64,000 nucleotides of DNA from Candidatus Poribacteria bacterium (lineage in GTDB: Bacteria > Poribacteria > WGA-4E > WGA-3G). Positions 35,832 through 46,442 of the stretch are shown piece after piece. Position 1 is the stretch's first letter; every line of letters starts with the position of its first letter. The position numbers and the translations under genes were made by a program. Location of the stretch: positions 72,880 through 136,879 of the forward strand of contig JAJEGI010000108.1 in NCBI GenBank assembly GCA_022819945.1, in the 5' to 3' direction. The notes beneath the pieces were generated by a model that ran no database searches, was not told where the DNA came from, and worked only from the letters and a program-made list of their open reading frames with translations.

Positions 35832-36464
35832 ATGCCCACAATCGAAAAAGTTTTTGACGCCCCAGGTCCACAACCCAACGGAATGCAAGCCACCGAAGAC
35901 GGACTCTGGATTCTCGACCAGCAGACCAACGAAGTCCATCTCGTCTCTTACGACGGTGCTGTGAAAAAGACACTCGCTACCGGCTCCGACAGAGGCAGCG
36001 GTATTACGGACACAGGCGACACGCTCTGGCTTGCCTCCACCTACAGTTGCGAAATCCTATCAACCGACCCAGAAAGCGGTGAGACACTCGCATCTTTCGA
36101 GACACCCGGCGCAGGACAGACCGGGGCACACGGCTTGGAATGGCGAGACAATAAACTCTGGATAGCAGTACCACCCTCTGCCACCGTTTATCAGGTAGAT
36201 GTTGAAGACGACTTCAAGGTGATCCATACACTTCCCGCCCCCGGTGACCGACCTCACGGTATCGCATGGGTAGGCGACGACCTCTGGTGCGTTGAGACGA
36301 ATCATCGCGCAATCTTTCATCTTGATCCAGAAGATGGCAGCCATCTGAACAAAATTGAGATACCCGAACCGCACCCCGAACCCCACGGAATGACTTATTG
36401 GGACGGATATTTCTGGTATTGTGACGCACATACGACAGCAGTGTGCCGCGTCCCGTTATCCTAA
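35832..36464 (+). CDS. Beta-propeller repeat protein (glutamine-cyclotransferase/NHL-like)
   Basis: Repeated (D/G)xLW(I/L/C) blades (DGLWILD, DTLWLAS, NKLWIAV, DDLWCVE, GYFWYCD). The family assignment is tentative. Confidence 0.45.
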   Translation: MPTIEKVFDAPGPQPNGMQATEDGLWILDQQTNEVHLVSYDGAVKKTLATGSDRGSGITDTGDTLWLASTYSCEILSTDPESGETLASFETPGAGQTGAHGLEWRDNKLWIAVPPSATVYQVDVEDDFKVIHTLPAPGDRPHGIAWVGDDLWCVETNHRAIFHLDPEDGSHLNKIEIPEPHPEPHGMTYWDGYFWYCDAHTTAVCRVPLS

Positions 36465-37246
36465 TGGAAACCACCGGTAGACGCCTGAATATGGGCGCGA
36501 ACCCCGCCGCAATGAACATGGCGATTGATGAGGCTATCCTACTCGCGCAGAAGGAGCAGCCAAACCCGACGCTGCGCTTTTACGACTGGTCATCCCCAGC
36601 TTTCAGTTTCGGCTACTTCCAAGATATTGACGCTGAAGTTGACATAGAGGCGTGCCGATCAGACGGCATTGAACTCGTGAAACGGATGACAGGTGGTGGA
36701 ACCGTCGTACATGGGTGGGAATTGACCTATACATTAATTCTGCCACGCGGTGCCGGAGAAATGCGTATCTCTGACGCTTACGATGGCATTGGACAATCTC
36801 TCGTCAAGGCATTTCAGAAACTCAGCATCCCTGCGCAGTGCTACACCGCATGCTCCGATGCTACTCAAACTGCCCAGAACATCTGTCTGACGAATCCCGC
36901 TGAACACGATGTGATGGCTGACGACAAGAAACTGGCAGGTGTCTCCGTGAGGCGTAATCGAAACGGAATTATGTTTCAAGGTTATATCTCCTTAGATATG
37001 CCACCTCCTGCCATCCTCGCACGCGTTTCAAAAGATCCTGAGGTCCAAAAGATACTGCGCGAAAAATCGACCGCTATCAACGCAGATGGACGTTCCATAA
37101 CCCGAAACATGCTTATCCAAGCAATATCTGAAACATTTAATCTCGGAATTGCGTTTCATTCAAGTACATTCTCATCGGCAGAACTTGCACAGGCAGAAAC
37201 CTTGGTTGATACCAAGTATGCGACCGCAGCGTGGAACTTTGGATGA
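36464..37246 (+). CDS. Biotin/lipoate A/B protein ligase family protein (LplA/LipB-like)
   Basis: NMAIDEAIL, LRFYDWSSPAFSFGYFQ, KRMTGGGTVVHG and KKLAGVSVRR motifs. The ATG overlaps the preceding stop (TAATG). Confidence 0.75.
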   Translation: METTGRRLNMGANPAAMNMAIDEAILLAQKEQPNPTLRFYDWSSPAFSFGYFQDIDAEVDIEACRSDGIELVKRMTGGGTVVHGWELTYTLILPRGAGEMRISDAYDGIGQSLVKAFQKLSIPAQCYTACSDATQTAQNICLTNPAEHDVMADDKKLAGVSVRRNRNGIMFQGYISLDMPPPAILARVSKDPEVQKILREKSTAINADGRSITRNMLIQAISETFNLGIAFHSSTFSSAELAQAETLVDTKYATAAWNFG

Positions 37247-38349
37247 ATCACAACCCAAAACCCATCAATGCCATCCTTATTCCGCAAGGCGCGTTTATCA
37301 TGGGCACCGATATTGAACCCTTCTACGGAACCGCCTTAGCTAATTCGGAGCATGCCAAACTCGACGAAGCACCGATGCACGTCCGATTTTTGGAGGCATA
37401 TCTGATTGAACAGTATCCCGTAACAAACGCCGAATATGCAGCCTTCGTACACGCGACAAACCGTCCGCCACCAACACACTGGAAAAATGGCAACTTCGCG
37501 CCCGAAGATGCGAATTTACCGGTTGTCTATGTCAGTTGGCACGATAGCAACGCGTACGCACAATGGGCTGGCAAGCGGCTACCGACAGAGGCAGAGTGGG
37601 AGAAAGCGTGCCGCGGTCCCGACGGACGCATCTATCCATGGGGCAATATTTTTGTTCCTGATGAACCAGAATCCACACAAACCTCACAGATTCTGACGGC
37701 ATCTCTCACACCCGTCGGCACCCGTTCTGCCACAGCAAGTCCCTATGGAGTCGGTGAAGCTGCAGGGAATGTATGGGAATGGACTGCGGATTGGTATCAG
37801 CCATATCCCGATCCGAAACGTCCAAAACTTAAACAGACAACTGATGAAAAACAGAAAGCCTTGCGTGGCGGATCATGGTTAGAAGTGCGCGACGGCACGG
37901 CAGAACGCTATTTTCGGTGTGCCAATCGTTTACACGCGCCACCAGACTATAGTGCCGGAAATATCGGATTCCGCTGTGTCCGAGAAGCATCAACCCAACA
38001 AGCCGAGTCGCTTCATGTTCCCATAGAACCGCTCGTCGATTATATTAAAAAGAAGAAACTCGCAAATCTAAGGCTCCTTCAAAAACGAACACAAAAGAGC
38101 AGTCTCAGAGATGCACTGATTGCTGTCGTTCTCATCGGAGGAACAGTTTATAGTGTTATGGTAAACCCTGAACTGATATTAGGCGGCGCGATCGTCGGAA
38201 TTATCGGTGCCGGCTTTCTTTTTAGTGCAGGGGTGAATTTTTGGCGGAGATGGCGTGCCGTCAGGCGAGCAAAACAGGTCGAATCTGAAAACATCAATCT
38301 TCATAGCAAACACATTTTTCACATTGACGATAACTCAAATTCAGTGTAA
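37243..38349 (+). CDS. Formylglycine-generating-enzyme (SUMF1/FGE-sulfatase) family protein with C-terminal TM segments
   Basis: IPQGAFIMGT, YPVTNAEYAAFV, PVVYVSWHDSNAYAQWAGKRLPTEAEWEKACRG, GNVWEWTADWY, RGGSW and IGFRC. The ATG overlaps the preceding stop (ATGA). Confidence 0.85.
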   Translation: MNHNPKPINAILIPQGAFIMGTDIEPFYGTALANSEHAKLDEAPMHVRFLEAYLIEQYPVTNAEYAAFVHATNRPPPTHWKNGNFAPEDANLPVVYVSWHDSNAYAQWAGKRLPTEAEWEKACRGPDGRIYPWGNIFVPDEPESTQTSQILTASLTPVGTRSATASPYGVGEAAGNVWEWTADWYQPYPDPKRPKLKQTTDEKQKALRGGSWLEVRDGTAERYFRCANRLHAPPDYSAGNIGFRCVREASTQQAESLHVPIEPLVDYIKKKKLANLRLLQKRTQKSSLRDALIAVVLIGGTVYSVMVNPELILGGAIVGIIGAGFLFSAGVNFWRRWRAVRRAKQVESENINLHSKHIFHIDDNSNSV

Positions 38350-38386
38350 ACTTTTCGCAAACTGAAGCATCCTTTATAGGGAGAAA

Positions 38387-39238
38387 ATGATGAACTCGCT
38401 ATGTTTAGAACACTGTTTGACCGAAACAGAAAAACAGCAATTTGAAGAAAACGGCTTCCTGGTCGTTGAAGATGCCATCCCACAAGAGATGGTCGAAAAA
38501 TTGATTGTCGCTGTTGACCGAGTCGGGGCAGAACACCTCGGAAAAGATGAACTCCCACCCGACGCGAACTTCAATCTCCTCGACTTTGTTGGCAGAGATG
38601 AGAGTTTTATAGAGTTACTGGATTGGCACACAACGTTCCCGAAAGTGTGGGGGATTTTGGGATGGAACATCAAACTTTACCACTCACATCTGATTGTGCT
38701 GCCACCGCTGCCACCCGAAGAACACGATAAACAGAGACGACTCGGATGGCACCAGGATAGCGGACGACTTAACATCGAATTGGAAGGCAACCCGCGCCCG
38801 CGTGTATCACTGAAGGTCGCCTATTTTCTAACCGATACTTCGGTACCCGGACGCGGTAATTTCTCCGTACTACCGGGCAGCCAACTGTTCAACCAAGTAG
38901 AAATGCCAGAAGAGAGCACTGCTGACCCTGAGAACGCGACACCTGTGTTCGCGAAACCAGGAACCGCTGTCTTTTTTGATCGGAGATTGTGGCACGCTGC
39001 AGGACGGAACACCTCCGACACCACACGCAAGGTACTCTTCTACGGTTATAGCTACCGCTGGCTCCAACCCCGCGATAACATGACAGTAGAACACGTCATG
39101 GAACATTCCGATCCGATTCGACAGCAGATTTTGGGTAAAAGCACAGGCGGTATGGGATATACCTCCCCGGGTGAAAAAGATGTCCCACTCCGCACGTGGC
39201 TTCAGGAAAACCTCGGTTCCGAAGCGGTTGCACGCTAA
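38387..39238 (+). CDS. Phytanoyl-CoA dioxygenase (PhyH) family protein
   Basis: FEENGFLVVEDAI, LGWHQDS and the RLWHAAGRN Fe(II)/2OG-type motifs. Confidence 0.85.
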   Translation: MMNSLCLEHCLTETEKQQFEENGFLVVEDAIPQEMVEKLIVAVDRVGAEHLGKDELPPDANFNLLDFVGRDESFIELLDWHTTFPKVWGILGWNIKLYHSHLIVLPPLPPEEHDKQRRLGWHQDSGRLNIELEGNPRPRVSLKVAYFLTDTSVPGRGNFSVLPGSQLFNQVEMPEESTADPENATPVFAKPGTAVFFDRRLWHAAGRNTSDTTRKVLFYGYSYRWLQPRDNMTVEHVMEHSDPIRQQILGKSTGGMGYTSPGEKDVPLRTWLQENLGSEAVAR

Positions 39239-39306
39239 CATAGAAGCATAACGGACGGGCAACGCTGCCCGTCCTTACGTCTGGATTCAACGATACCGTT
39301 AGTAAA

Positions 39307-39350
39307 AAGAAGCACCTCTGAAAAAAAACTGAGAGGTTCTTCTTTTTTTT
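39307..39350 (+). terminator. Rho-independent terminator
   Basis: AAGAAGCACCTCT ... AGAGGTTCTTCTT stem followed by a T8 run. It is preceded by a second 9-bp GC-rich hairpin at 39253-39274. Confidence 0.75.
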
Positions 39351-39438
39351 GGCAATCTGAGAAGAAAAATTGTATACTTTTTATTAAACACATCACATAA
39401 ATTTTTGAACATACCCAGAACAGGAGTTGCCGACTTTT

Positions 39439-41661
39439 ATGAAAAGTTTGTTTTGCTTGCTGGCACTTCTTATAGTTCCCACAGTCGCCTTTTCGCAAAC
39501 AGGAACAATCGAAGGCACTGTCTATAATAATGACACGAAAGAACCGTTGGCAGGCGCAGAGGTCAAGATCATTCAAACCGATGAACGTCAAAAAACCGAT
39601 GAAAATGGGAAATTCGCGTTCAGTTCCGTTCCCGAAGGTACCTATACTTTAGTTACGACGATACCTGAAACCGAACTAATCCAACAAACCTCGGTTGTGG
39701 TTATTGCCGGAGAGAAACAAGAGACTGAAATCTATGTTGTAACAGAACAGTACCGGCTCGAAGGTGTGGAGGTAACCGGCAAACGCCTACCTAAAACCGT
39801 CAGCAAAAAAAGCATCCAAGCGGAAGAAATTACGCGCCTGCCCGGCACCGCTGGCGACGCGCTTCGCGCCCTACCCGCCATTCCCGGCATCGGTGTCGCA
39901 AACGATTTCAGCGGGGCACTCTATATCCGTGGCGGCTCCGATGAGGATAACCTCTATTACTTCGACCGCGTACCTGTCGGTTACCCTTACCACTTTGGTG
40001 GGATCGTCTCGTCGTTAAGTTCCGAAATTATTGACGATATCAGTGTCTACGCCGGTGGCTACGGTGCCGAGTACGGCGTAGATTCCCAAGCCGTAATTGA
40101 CATCTCGTCAAAAGACAACAGTCCAGTGGACTTGGGCGGAAAATTCAATATCAACGCTCTCTACTCGGAGGGACTATTTCAGGGGAAAATCGGCGAAAAA
40201 GGGTTCTGGTACGCCGCCGGACGTAGAAGTTACATCGACCTTTTCGTCAGCTCTCTCTCGTTTGAAACAGGGGCAATCACTGCTTTTCCTCGCTTTTGGG
40301 ATTACCAACTTAAAGCCGGCTACGATTTTAGTGAAAAACATCAACTCTTTTTTAATCTTTTCGCCTCTGGAGATCGGTTCGCTCTAAAATTGGATGGTGA
40401 TAACGTAGACCAAGATTTTAGAGGCAATACCAGTTTTGAAAGCGGTTTTGAGGGCGCAGGAATCCACCTTCGCTCCTTCTTGACAGAAAAGCTTACCTCC
40501 TTTTTATCCCTAACCCGTTCTGATTTTCTATTCAATATTAACCTCGGTTCAGCCCTTTCTCTCAATATTGACGCGCCCAGCTACACCCTCCGCGAAGATC
40601 TCACATACGAGTTAAATCCGAAGCATCGTTTAGAATCCGGGTTAATCCTCGGCATTGAACCGGGACAGGTTACCGGCACTTTCGCCCGCATACCTGATGA
40701 AGGTGAGGTCGACTATGACATCCGATTTGAGGAAAAAATCCTCTTAGATGAATACGTCCGTGGACAGCGTATCGAAGGTTATTTGCAAGACAGGTATACA
40801 CTCCTGCCATTTCTATCTGTTGTTTTTGGACTCCGTTTCGACTATTTCAATCGGACTGATGAACTCTCCATCCAACCGCGTGGCAGCCTGCTCGTGGAAC
40901 TCCCCAATAAATCTGAAATCCAATTTGCTTACGGGATTTACAACCAGGCACCACTACCAGCACTGCTCTCTCCTACTATCGGTAATCCGTCCTTAAAGTC
41001 AAGTCGCGCCAGCCATTATATTCTCGAGCTCAAACGCCAAGTTTCACAAGACACAGAAATCAAAATGGCAGCCTATTATAAAGACCTTGAAGGCATAGCG
41101 ACAAGTGATGAAGAAGCCGCTTACCTCAATCAAGGGGTCGGCTACGCACAAGGCACCGAAATTTTTCTCAGGCATCAGCGCGGTGATCGGTTTTTTGGCT
41201 GGATTTCCTACGCGTACGCACTCTCCAAACGCCGCGACCGCATCGGTGAACCCTATCGTTTCTATTCGTTTGACCAAACACACGTCGCAACTCTCGCCGC
41301 CAGCTACAACCTCACCCCTACATGGGAGTTCGGTGCGAAATGGCAATATCGCACAGGAAATCCATATACTCCTGTTGAAGATGCTAAAATTGAGTTCGAT
41401 CCAAGGAACGGGAGACCTATCTATATCCCTATTTATGCCGAAACAAATTCGGATCGATTACCGCCTTACCACAGATTGGACCTGCGCGTCAGTAAAATCT
41501 TCCAATTCAAAAAATGGAAACTCGGTATCTTTCTGGAACTCCTAAATACTTATAACCGAAAGAATTTGCTCGATTACAACTATAGCGACGATTATAAAAC
41601 GCGGGATGATATTAACCAACTGCCTATCCTTCCTTACTTGGGGATTACAGTGGAATTTTAA
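39439..41661 (+). CDS. TonB-dependent receptor (CarboxypepD_reg + plug + barrel)
   Basis: Signal peptide, GTIEGTVYNNDTKEPLAGAEVKI, plug motifs (LPGTAGDALRALPAIPGI, LYIRGGS..DNLYYFDRVP) and a C-terminal aromatic residue (TVEF). Confidence 0.85.
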   Translation: MKSLFCLLALLIVPTVAFSQTGTIEGTVYNNDTKEPLAGAEVKIIQTDERQKTDENGKFAFSSVPEGTYTLVTTIPETELIQQTSVVVIAGEKQETEIYVVTEQYRLEGVEVTGKRLPKTVSKKSIQAEEITRLPGTAGDALRALPAIPGIGVANDFSGALYIRGGSDEDNLYYFDRVPVGYPYHFGGIVSSLSSEIIDDISVYAGGYGAEYGVDSQAVIDISSKDNSPVDLGGKFNINALYSEGLFQGKIGEKGFWYAAGRRSYIDLFVSSLSFETGAITAFPRFWDYQLKAGYDFSEKHQLFFNLFASGDRFALKLDGDNVDQDFRGNTSFESGFEGAGIHLRSFLTEKLTSFLSLTRSDFLFNINLGSALSLNIDAPSYTLREDLTYELNPKHRLESGLILGIEPGQVTGTFARIPDEGEVDYDIRFEEKILLDEYVRGQRIEGYLQDRYTLLPFLSVVFGLRFDYFNRTDELSIQPRGSLLVELPNKSEIQFAYGIYNQAPLPALLSPTIGNPSLKSSRASHYILELKRQVSQDTEIKMAAYYKDLEGIATSDEEAAYLNQGVGYAQGTEIFLRHQRGDRFFGWISYAYALSKRRDRIGEPYRFYSFDQTHVATLAASYNLTPTWEFGAKWQYRTGNPYTPVEDAKIEFDPRNGRPIYIPIYAETNSDRLPPYHRLDLRVSKIFQFKKWKLGIFLELLNTYNRKNLLDYNYSDDYKTRDDINQLPILPYLGITVEF

Positions 41662-41715
41662 CCCAACCTTATCCCCTAATGTTTGCCTCGTTAAATCAAA
41701 TACTCAGGAGATAAA

Positions 41716-43833
41716 GTGTTGAAAAAGATATTGATCCTTTTAATTTGCCTGCTTCCGTTCAGTACCTTCGCGCAAACCGATGAGACTACCGAACCAAACA
41801 CGGTAAAGGATGAAGCCTCACGTCCCATTACTATGGACCCAGTAAGGGTTGAAGCAGAACGGATTGAAAGAAAACCGAGACACATTTTGAACGGCGCATT
41901 CATTAGGAGTGCCACCGGAAGCGCAGGAGATCCACTGCGCGTTTTAAATCACCTTCCAAGTATCGGTGTCCTCAACGATTTCGTCGGCGTCCTCTCTGTC
42001 CGAGGTGGAGGTCCTGAAGATAATCTCTACTACTTCGACCGACTGCCGTTAGGATACCCGTACCATCTCCACGGAATCGTCTCAACAGTCAACCCCGAAG
42101 TTATTGAAAATATCGACGTGTATCCGGGGGGATACGGCGCAGAATTCGGTTCCGATGCACAAGCTGTGATTGACATCCACTCCCGCACGAAGACCGATAC
42201 TCGGTTAGGTGGAACGGTCAACCTCAATTTCGTGTATTGGCAAGCCTTTCTTGAAGGGAATTTAGGTGAACGCGGATACTGGTACTCTTTTTGGCGACGA
42301 AGCAATATGGGCCCCCTTTTTGAATTGCTGCCAAGACTGTTCGCAATAGAGAGCGATTTGGTGACCGAGGTGCCAAGTTTCTGGAGTTATCAGGGAAAAG
42401 GGGTCTACCAACTAAGTCGTACGCATAGGTTGGTTGTCAATGCCATTGCAGCGGACGATGCCGGTGAATTGAACTTCACAGCAAATGAAGTGTCTGAAAG
42501 CGACTTGCGCGGTCCACTGAGTTCAGATAACCCTTTCGATTCACAAGGCATTCATCTCTATTCTGAGAAACAGGACACCTTCAAATCAATTGTATCACTC
42601 ACGCGTTCGTTTTCTCGCACAGTGCTTAAGTATGGTGACGGTTACTTTTATCGGGACGCACGAAGTATCTATGCACTACGCGGCGACCTTGAGTCCTGGG
42701 TAAAATATCCAGATACGCTCTTAGCATCTGGATTTGTCCTTTCAAGCCTCCCTACATCACTCATCAGTGTTGGTGCACGTCCGTTTGAAGAAGGCGATCC
42801 AGACTATGATTTCAGACTTAAACAAGATGGCGAAAAAATCCGTACCAGCGTATCCAAAAGCCTGCACCGTCTTGAAGGATACTTGCAAGCAACACAAGAC
42901 TTACCCTCGCCTCGCTATGCTGATTTTTATGCCACCATCGGGATGCGCGCAAACTACTTCAATCTGATAGACAATTTTTCTCTTCAGCCGCGCGGGCTCC
43001 TCGGTGTGACGCTTGGACCAGAGGACCCGAACACCGATCAGTCATCTTTTTTTCCAATAGACCTGCGTCTCATGTCTGGTAGTTACGTTCAAAATCCGCA
43101 GTTTTATCAAGTTGTGCTTGGGAAGGAGAATCCCGAAATCGCGCCGAGTCTCGCAAAACACTATGTTGTCGCACTGGAAAAAGTTTTAGAATCAAAGAAG
43201 AAACGCGTCCCCACACGGACAACGATTGAAATCGCTGGCTACTATAAAGACCTTCGAGACATGATTACTTACAATGAATCCGAAAGACGCTATCGCAACC
43301 AACGGATAGGACACGTGAAAGGAGTTGAGGTCTCATTGGATCATGAAATAGGCAAAGCGTTTCGGGGTTGGCTCTCTTATACCTACACTATCTCTAAACG
43401 CCAAGATTCTCCACGGGATGACGAGCGTTTTTATATGTATAATACGCCGCATGTCGCGACGATCGGTATGAGTTACCAAGCAGAATCGTGGGAATGCAGC
43501 GCGAACTGGCAATACAAGAGCGGTGTGTTATATTCGCCGTTAGTTGATCGGGAACCCTATACCAATCCCTTCACGAAAAACAAAACGTGGCTACCGATTT
43601 ACGGTGAAATGGCGCGCGAAGCAGCATATCATCGTTTGGACTTACGGTTTCACAAGTCATTCAAGTCCGTTTTTAACATTGACAAATGGAAATGGGGTTT
43701 TACTTTAGAAATCTGGAACGTTTATAACCACAGGAATATCCTTCAAGTCCGCTATGACGAGAATTATACAAAAGAGGTACGGATTGCCCAATTACCGATG
43801 ATCCCCTTCGTTGCAGTGACGGCGGAGTTTTGA
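41716..43833 (+). CDS. TonB-dependent receptor-like outer-membrane protein (paralogue of 39439-41661)
   Basis: Signal peptide, plug motifs (GSAGDPLRVLNHLPSIGV, LSVRGGGPEDNLYYFDRLP) and C-terminal VTAEF. GTG start preceded by AGGAG. Confidence 0.8.
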   Translation: MLKKILILLICLLPFSTFAQTDETTEPNTVKDEASRPITMDPVRVEAERIERKPRHILNGAFIRSATGSAGDPLRVLNHLPSIGVLNDFVGVLSVRGGGPEDNLYYFDRLPLGYPYHLHGIVSTVNPEVIENIDVYPGGYGAEFGSDAQAVIDIHSRTKTDTRLGGTVNLNFVYWQAFLEGNLGERGYWYSFWRRSNMGPLFELLPRLFAIESDLVTEVPSFWSYQGKGVYQLSRTHRLVVNAIAADDAGELNFTANEVSESDLRGPLSSDNPFDSQGIHLYSEKQDTFKSIVSLTRSFSRTVLKYGDGYFYRDARSIYALRGDLESWVKYPDTLLASGFVLSSLPTSLISVGARPFEEGDPDYDFRLKQDGEKIRTSVSKSLHRLEGYLQATQDLPSPRYADFYATIGMRANYFNLIDNFSLQPRGLLGVTLGPEDPNTDQSSFFPIDLRLMSGSYVQNPQFYQVVLGKENPEIAPSLAKHYVVALEKVLESKKKRVPTRTTIEIAGYYKDLRDMITYNESERRYRNQRIGHVKGVEVSLDHEIGKAFRGWLSYTYTISKRQDSPRDDERFYMYNTPHVATIGMSYQAESWECSANWQYKSGVLYSPLVDREPYTNPFTKNKTWLPIYGEMAREAAYHRLDLRFHKSFKSVFNIDKWKWGFTLEIWNVYNHRNILQVRYDENYTKEVRIAQLPMIPFVAVTAEF

Positions 43834-43925
43834 CAATCCGGTTCAACTCAAATTTATATACTCCAATTCGCCTCCCTTTTCGTCTTTAATAATAACCCAC
43901 TCTTCACCGAAAGGAGGCAACATTT

Positions 43926-46187
43926 TTGCACAAGTATCTATCTTCTTCACCCAAATTCCAAAAGATTACAATTTCCTTGATCGTCATTACACTGCTGTAC
44001 ACCGTTACCGCCAGTATACATGCTGAATCCGTCAATAACGAGATTAAAGCATATCGCACCTATGAAACCGTCGAGATTGATGGCGATTTAACGGAAGCGG
44101 ATTGGCAGCACGCCGAACCGATGGACCGGTTTATCCAAGTCGAGCCACATGAAGGTGAAAACATTACCGAAACAACGGAACTTCGGATCCTCTACGATGA
44201 TGAGAATATCTACTTCGGTTTCACCTGTTTCGACTCAGAGATGTCCAAACTTATCGCAAACGAAATGCGTAGGGATGCACGCGACTTACACGAAAACGAC
44301 AACGTTTTTGTGCTACTGGATACATACAACGACAAACGGAGTGGTTTTTTCTTTCGGATGAACCCCCTTGGCGCAATACAGGATAGAGCCATCACAAACA
44401 GTGGGGATTCAATGAATACCGATTGGGATGCCGTTGTCGCATGCAAGTCGAAAATTAACGATACTTACTGGACCGCGGAGCTGAGCATTCCGTTTAGTCA
44501 ACTCCGCTTTGAAAAAAACGATCCCATGACATGGGGCATTAATGCCGGACGTGGAATCGCTCGCCATCAAGAGGAAGGCGTATGGATGCCGGTTCCATCT
44601 TCTTACGGTGGTAGAGCAAAATACCGAACAGCACACGTCGGCAGCCTTGTCGGATTAGAAGGGATCACACCATCTCGGAACTTAGAAATCCTTCCGTATG
44701 TGCTGCCCGGAATTACGCAAGTCAGTGACGACGATGCAACATTCCAGACGACACGCGAATTTAAACTCGGTTTTGACGCAAAATACGGTATTACATCAAA
44801 CTTGACCGCAGATGTCACCTTTAACACCGACTTCGCACAAGTCGAAGCTGATGAGGAACAGGTAAATCTTACCCGATTTAGTCTCTTTTTTCCCGAAAAG
44901 CGCCCTTTCTTTTTAGAGGGTGCAGGACTCTTCGACTTCGGAATACCGCGAACCAGCTTCCGCCAACCGCCACCAATGCTCCTTTTCTACAGCCGACAGA
45001 TCGGACTCGCGGAAAAGAACGCAATCCCAATTATCTTTGGTGGAAAAACAAGTGGAAAGATCGGTTCTTACGGCGTAGGGTTTCTCAACGTCCTAACAGA
45101 TAAATTCTATGATGATACTGATCCAGATGATGATCCAATTGATATTCCGCGTACCAATTATTCTGTCATGCGAATTACAAAAGACATCGCTTCGGGTTCG
45201 CGTATCGGAATGATCGCTGTGAATAAAGACGAGATTGGGAGCTACAATCGGGCAGGGGGTTTCGATTTTGAATACCGTCCCAATGACAGTCTCGATGTAC
45301 GAGGCTTGTGGTCCCGAACGTTTGAACCCGATGCATCTGGACGGAATAACGCATGGTATATCGGTTCCAACTGGCGGCACAAACGTTTCCGCATAGAGGG
45401 GTCCTATACCGATATTGATGAGGATTTCAACCCTGCTGTTGGATATGTGAGACGTCCTGGCACCCGGCACTTTCGCGGTGAGACGCGTTGGGTACCAATG
45501 CCTCAAAAATTCGGGATTCGACAAATTTGGACCGGTCCAGAGGTGGACTATATCCTCAATCACAACAATGAATTGGAAGAATGGAACATCTCCTACACCA
45601 ATTGGTTTGAATTCAGTTCGGGAGACTCCATCTTTTTTAACGTTGGACGCAGCTTTGAGCGATTGGACGAAATTTTCCCTTTTCAGGAAGGTATAGATAT
45701 TCCTATAGGCGACTACTATTCCAACTCATTTGGCTTCCGTGCCTCCAGCAGTGATAGCCGTCCGATCAGTACAAGCATCGGGGGCGGCATTGAAGATTTC
45801 TTTGAAGGTCAAGTGCGTAGGGCATCCCTACAAACCACGCTTAAACCGAACGGACATATAAGCGTAAGCGCACAGTACCAACTTAACCAGATAGTAGACC
45901 TGGCAACAGCATATTTTACCGACGGACAACCGCGTTCCCTTTACGTCAACCTTTTCAGAGGTAGGGTGGACTACTCTTTTACTACAGGACTCTTCGCAAA
46001 ACTCTTCGCACAGTGGAACACGGAAACCGATGTGGTGTCTGCCAACTTTCTGATCAATTACATCTATCGCCCAGGAAGCGATTTCTATTTCGTTTTCAAT
46101 CAGACTTATGATACCGATGGGACCACAAAATCTGTCTTGCTGGATTCAACCGTCGTCGCGAAAATGACCTATTGGTGGAATCCGTAA
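43926..46187 (+). CDS. CBM9-like / DUF5916 outer-membrane-associated protein
   Basis: IDGDLTEADWQHAEPMDRFIQVEP...LRILYDDENIYFGF is CBM9-like. The long beta-rich C-terminal part ends with an aromatic motif (TYWWNP). The start codon is uncertain (TTG in the ORF track). Confidence 0.65.
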   Translation: MHKYLSSSPKFQKITISLIVITLLYTVTASIHAESVNNEIKAYRTYETVEIDGDLTEADWQHAEPMDRFIQVEPHEGENITETTELRILYDDENIYFGFTCFDSEMSKLIANEMRRDARDLHENDNVFVLLDTYNDKRSGFFFRMNPLGAIQDRAITNSGDSMNTDWDAVVACKSKINDTYWTAELSIPFSQLRFEKNDPMTWGINAGRGIARHQEEGVWMPVPSSYGGRAKYRTAHVGSLVGLEGITPSRNLEILPYVLPGITQVSDDDATFQTTREFKLGFDAKYGITSNLTADVTFNTDFAQVEADEEQVNLTRFSLFFPEKRPFFLEGAGLFDFGIPRTSFRQPPPMLLFYSRQIGLAEKNAIPIIFGGKTSGKIGSYGVGFLNVLTDKFYDDTDPDDDPIDIPRTNYSVMRITKDIASGSRIGMIAVNKDEIGSYNRAGGFDFEYRPNDSLDVRGLWSRTFEPDASGRNNAWYIGSNWRHKRFRIEGSYTDIDEDFNPAVGYVRRPGTRHFRGETRWVPMPQKFGIRQIWTGPEVDYILNHNNELEEWNISYTNWFEFSSGDSIFFNVGRSFERLDEIFPFQEGIDIPIGDYYSNSFGFRASSSDSRPISTSIGGGIEDFFEGQVRRASLQTTLKPNGHISVSAQYQLNQIVDLATAYFTDGQPRSLYVNLFRGRVDYSFTTGLFAKLFAQWNTETDVVSANFLINYIYRPGSDFYFVFNQTYDTDGTTKSVLLDSTVVAKMTYWWNP

Positions 46188-46252
46188 TGCCAAAAACAAA
46201 GTCACTTTCAATATGAGGCTATGTTGAGTAATCTCCGAACACACACTATAAT

Positions 46253-46293
46253 GGTTTTCCTACTACAAGCAGCCCGTTTGTAGTAGGAAAACC
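46253..46293 (+). terminator. 16-bp hairpin GGTTTTCCTACTACAA / TTGTAGTAGGAAAACC followed by TTT
   Basis: Perfect inverted repeat read directly from the sequence, 66 nt after the stop at 46187. Confidence 0.6.
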
Positions 46294-46413
46294 TTTCAGC
46301 GCCCGTCAATTTCCCAAGTCCAAGTTTTTCCAATTTTCATGAGATCATCTGCCGTATGTAGTTAACAACCAACTGCTAATAACCGAATGCCTCTGGATTT
46401 CGGGCTAAAAAAG

Positions 46414-46442
46414 TTGACACAGAAGTGAAAATATGTTATAAT
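46414..46442 (+). promoter_or_regulatory. Perfect extended sigma70 promoter TTGACA-17 nt-(TGT)TATAAT abutting the intron 5' end
   Basis: Read directly from the sequence. The -10 element ends 9 nt before GTGCG at 46452. Confidence 0.6.
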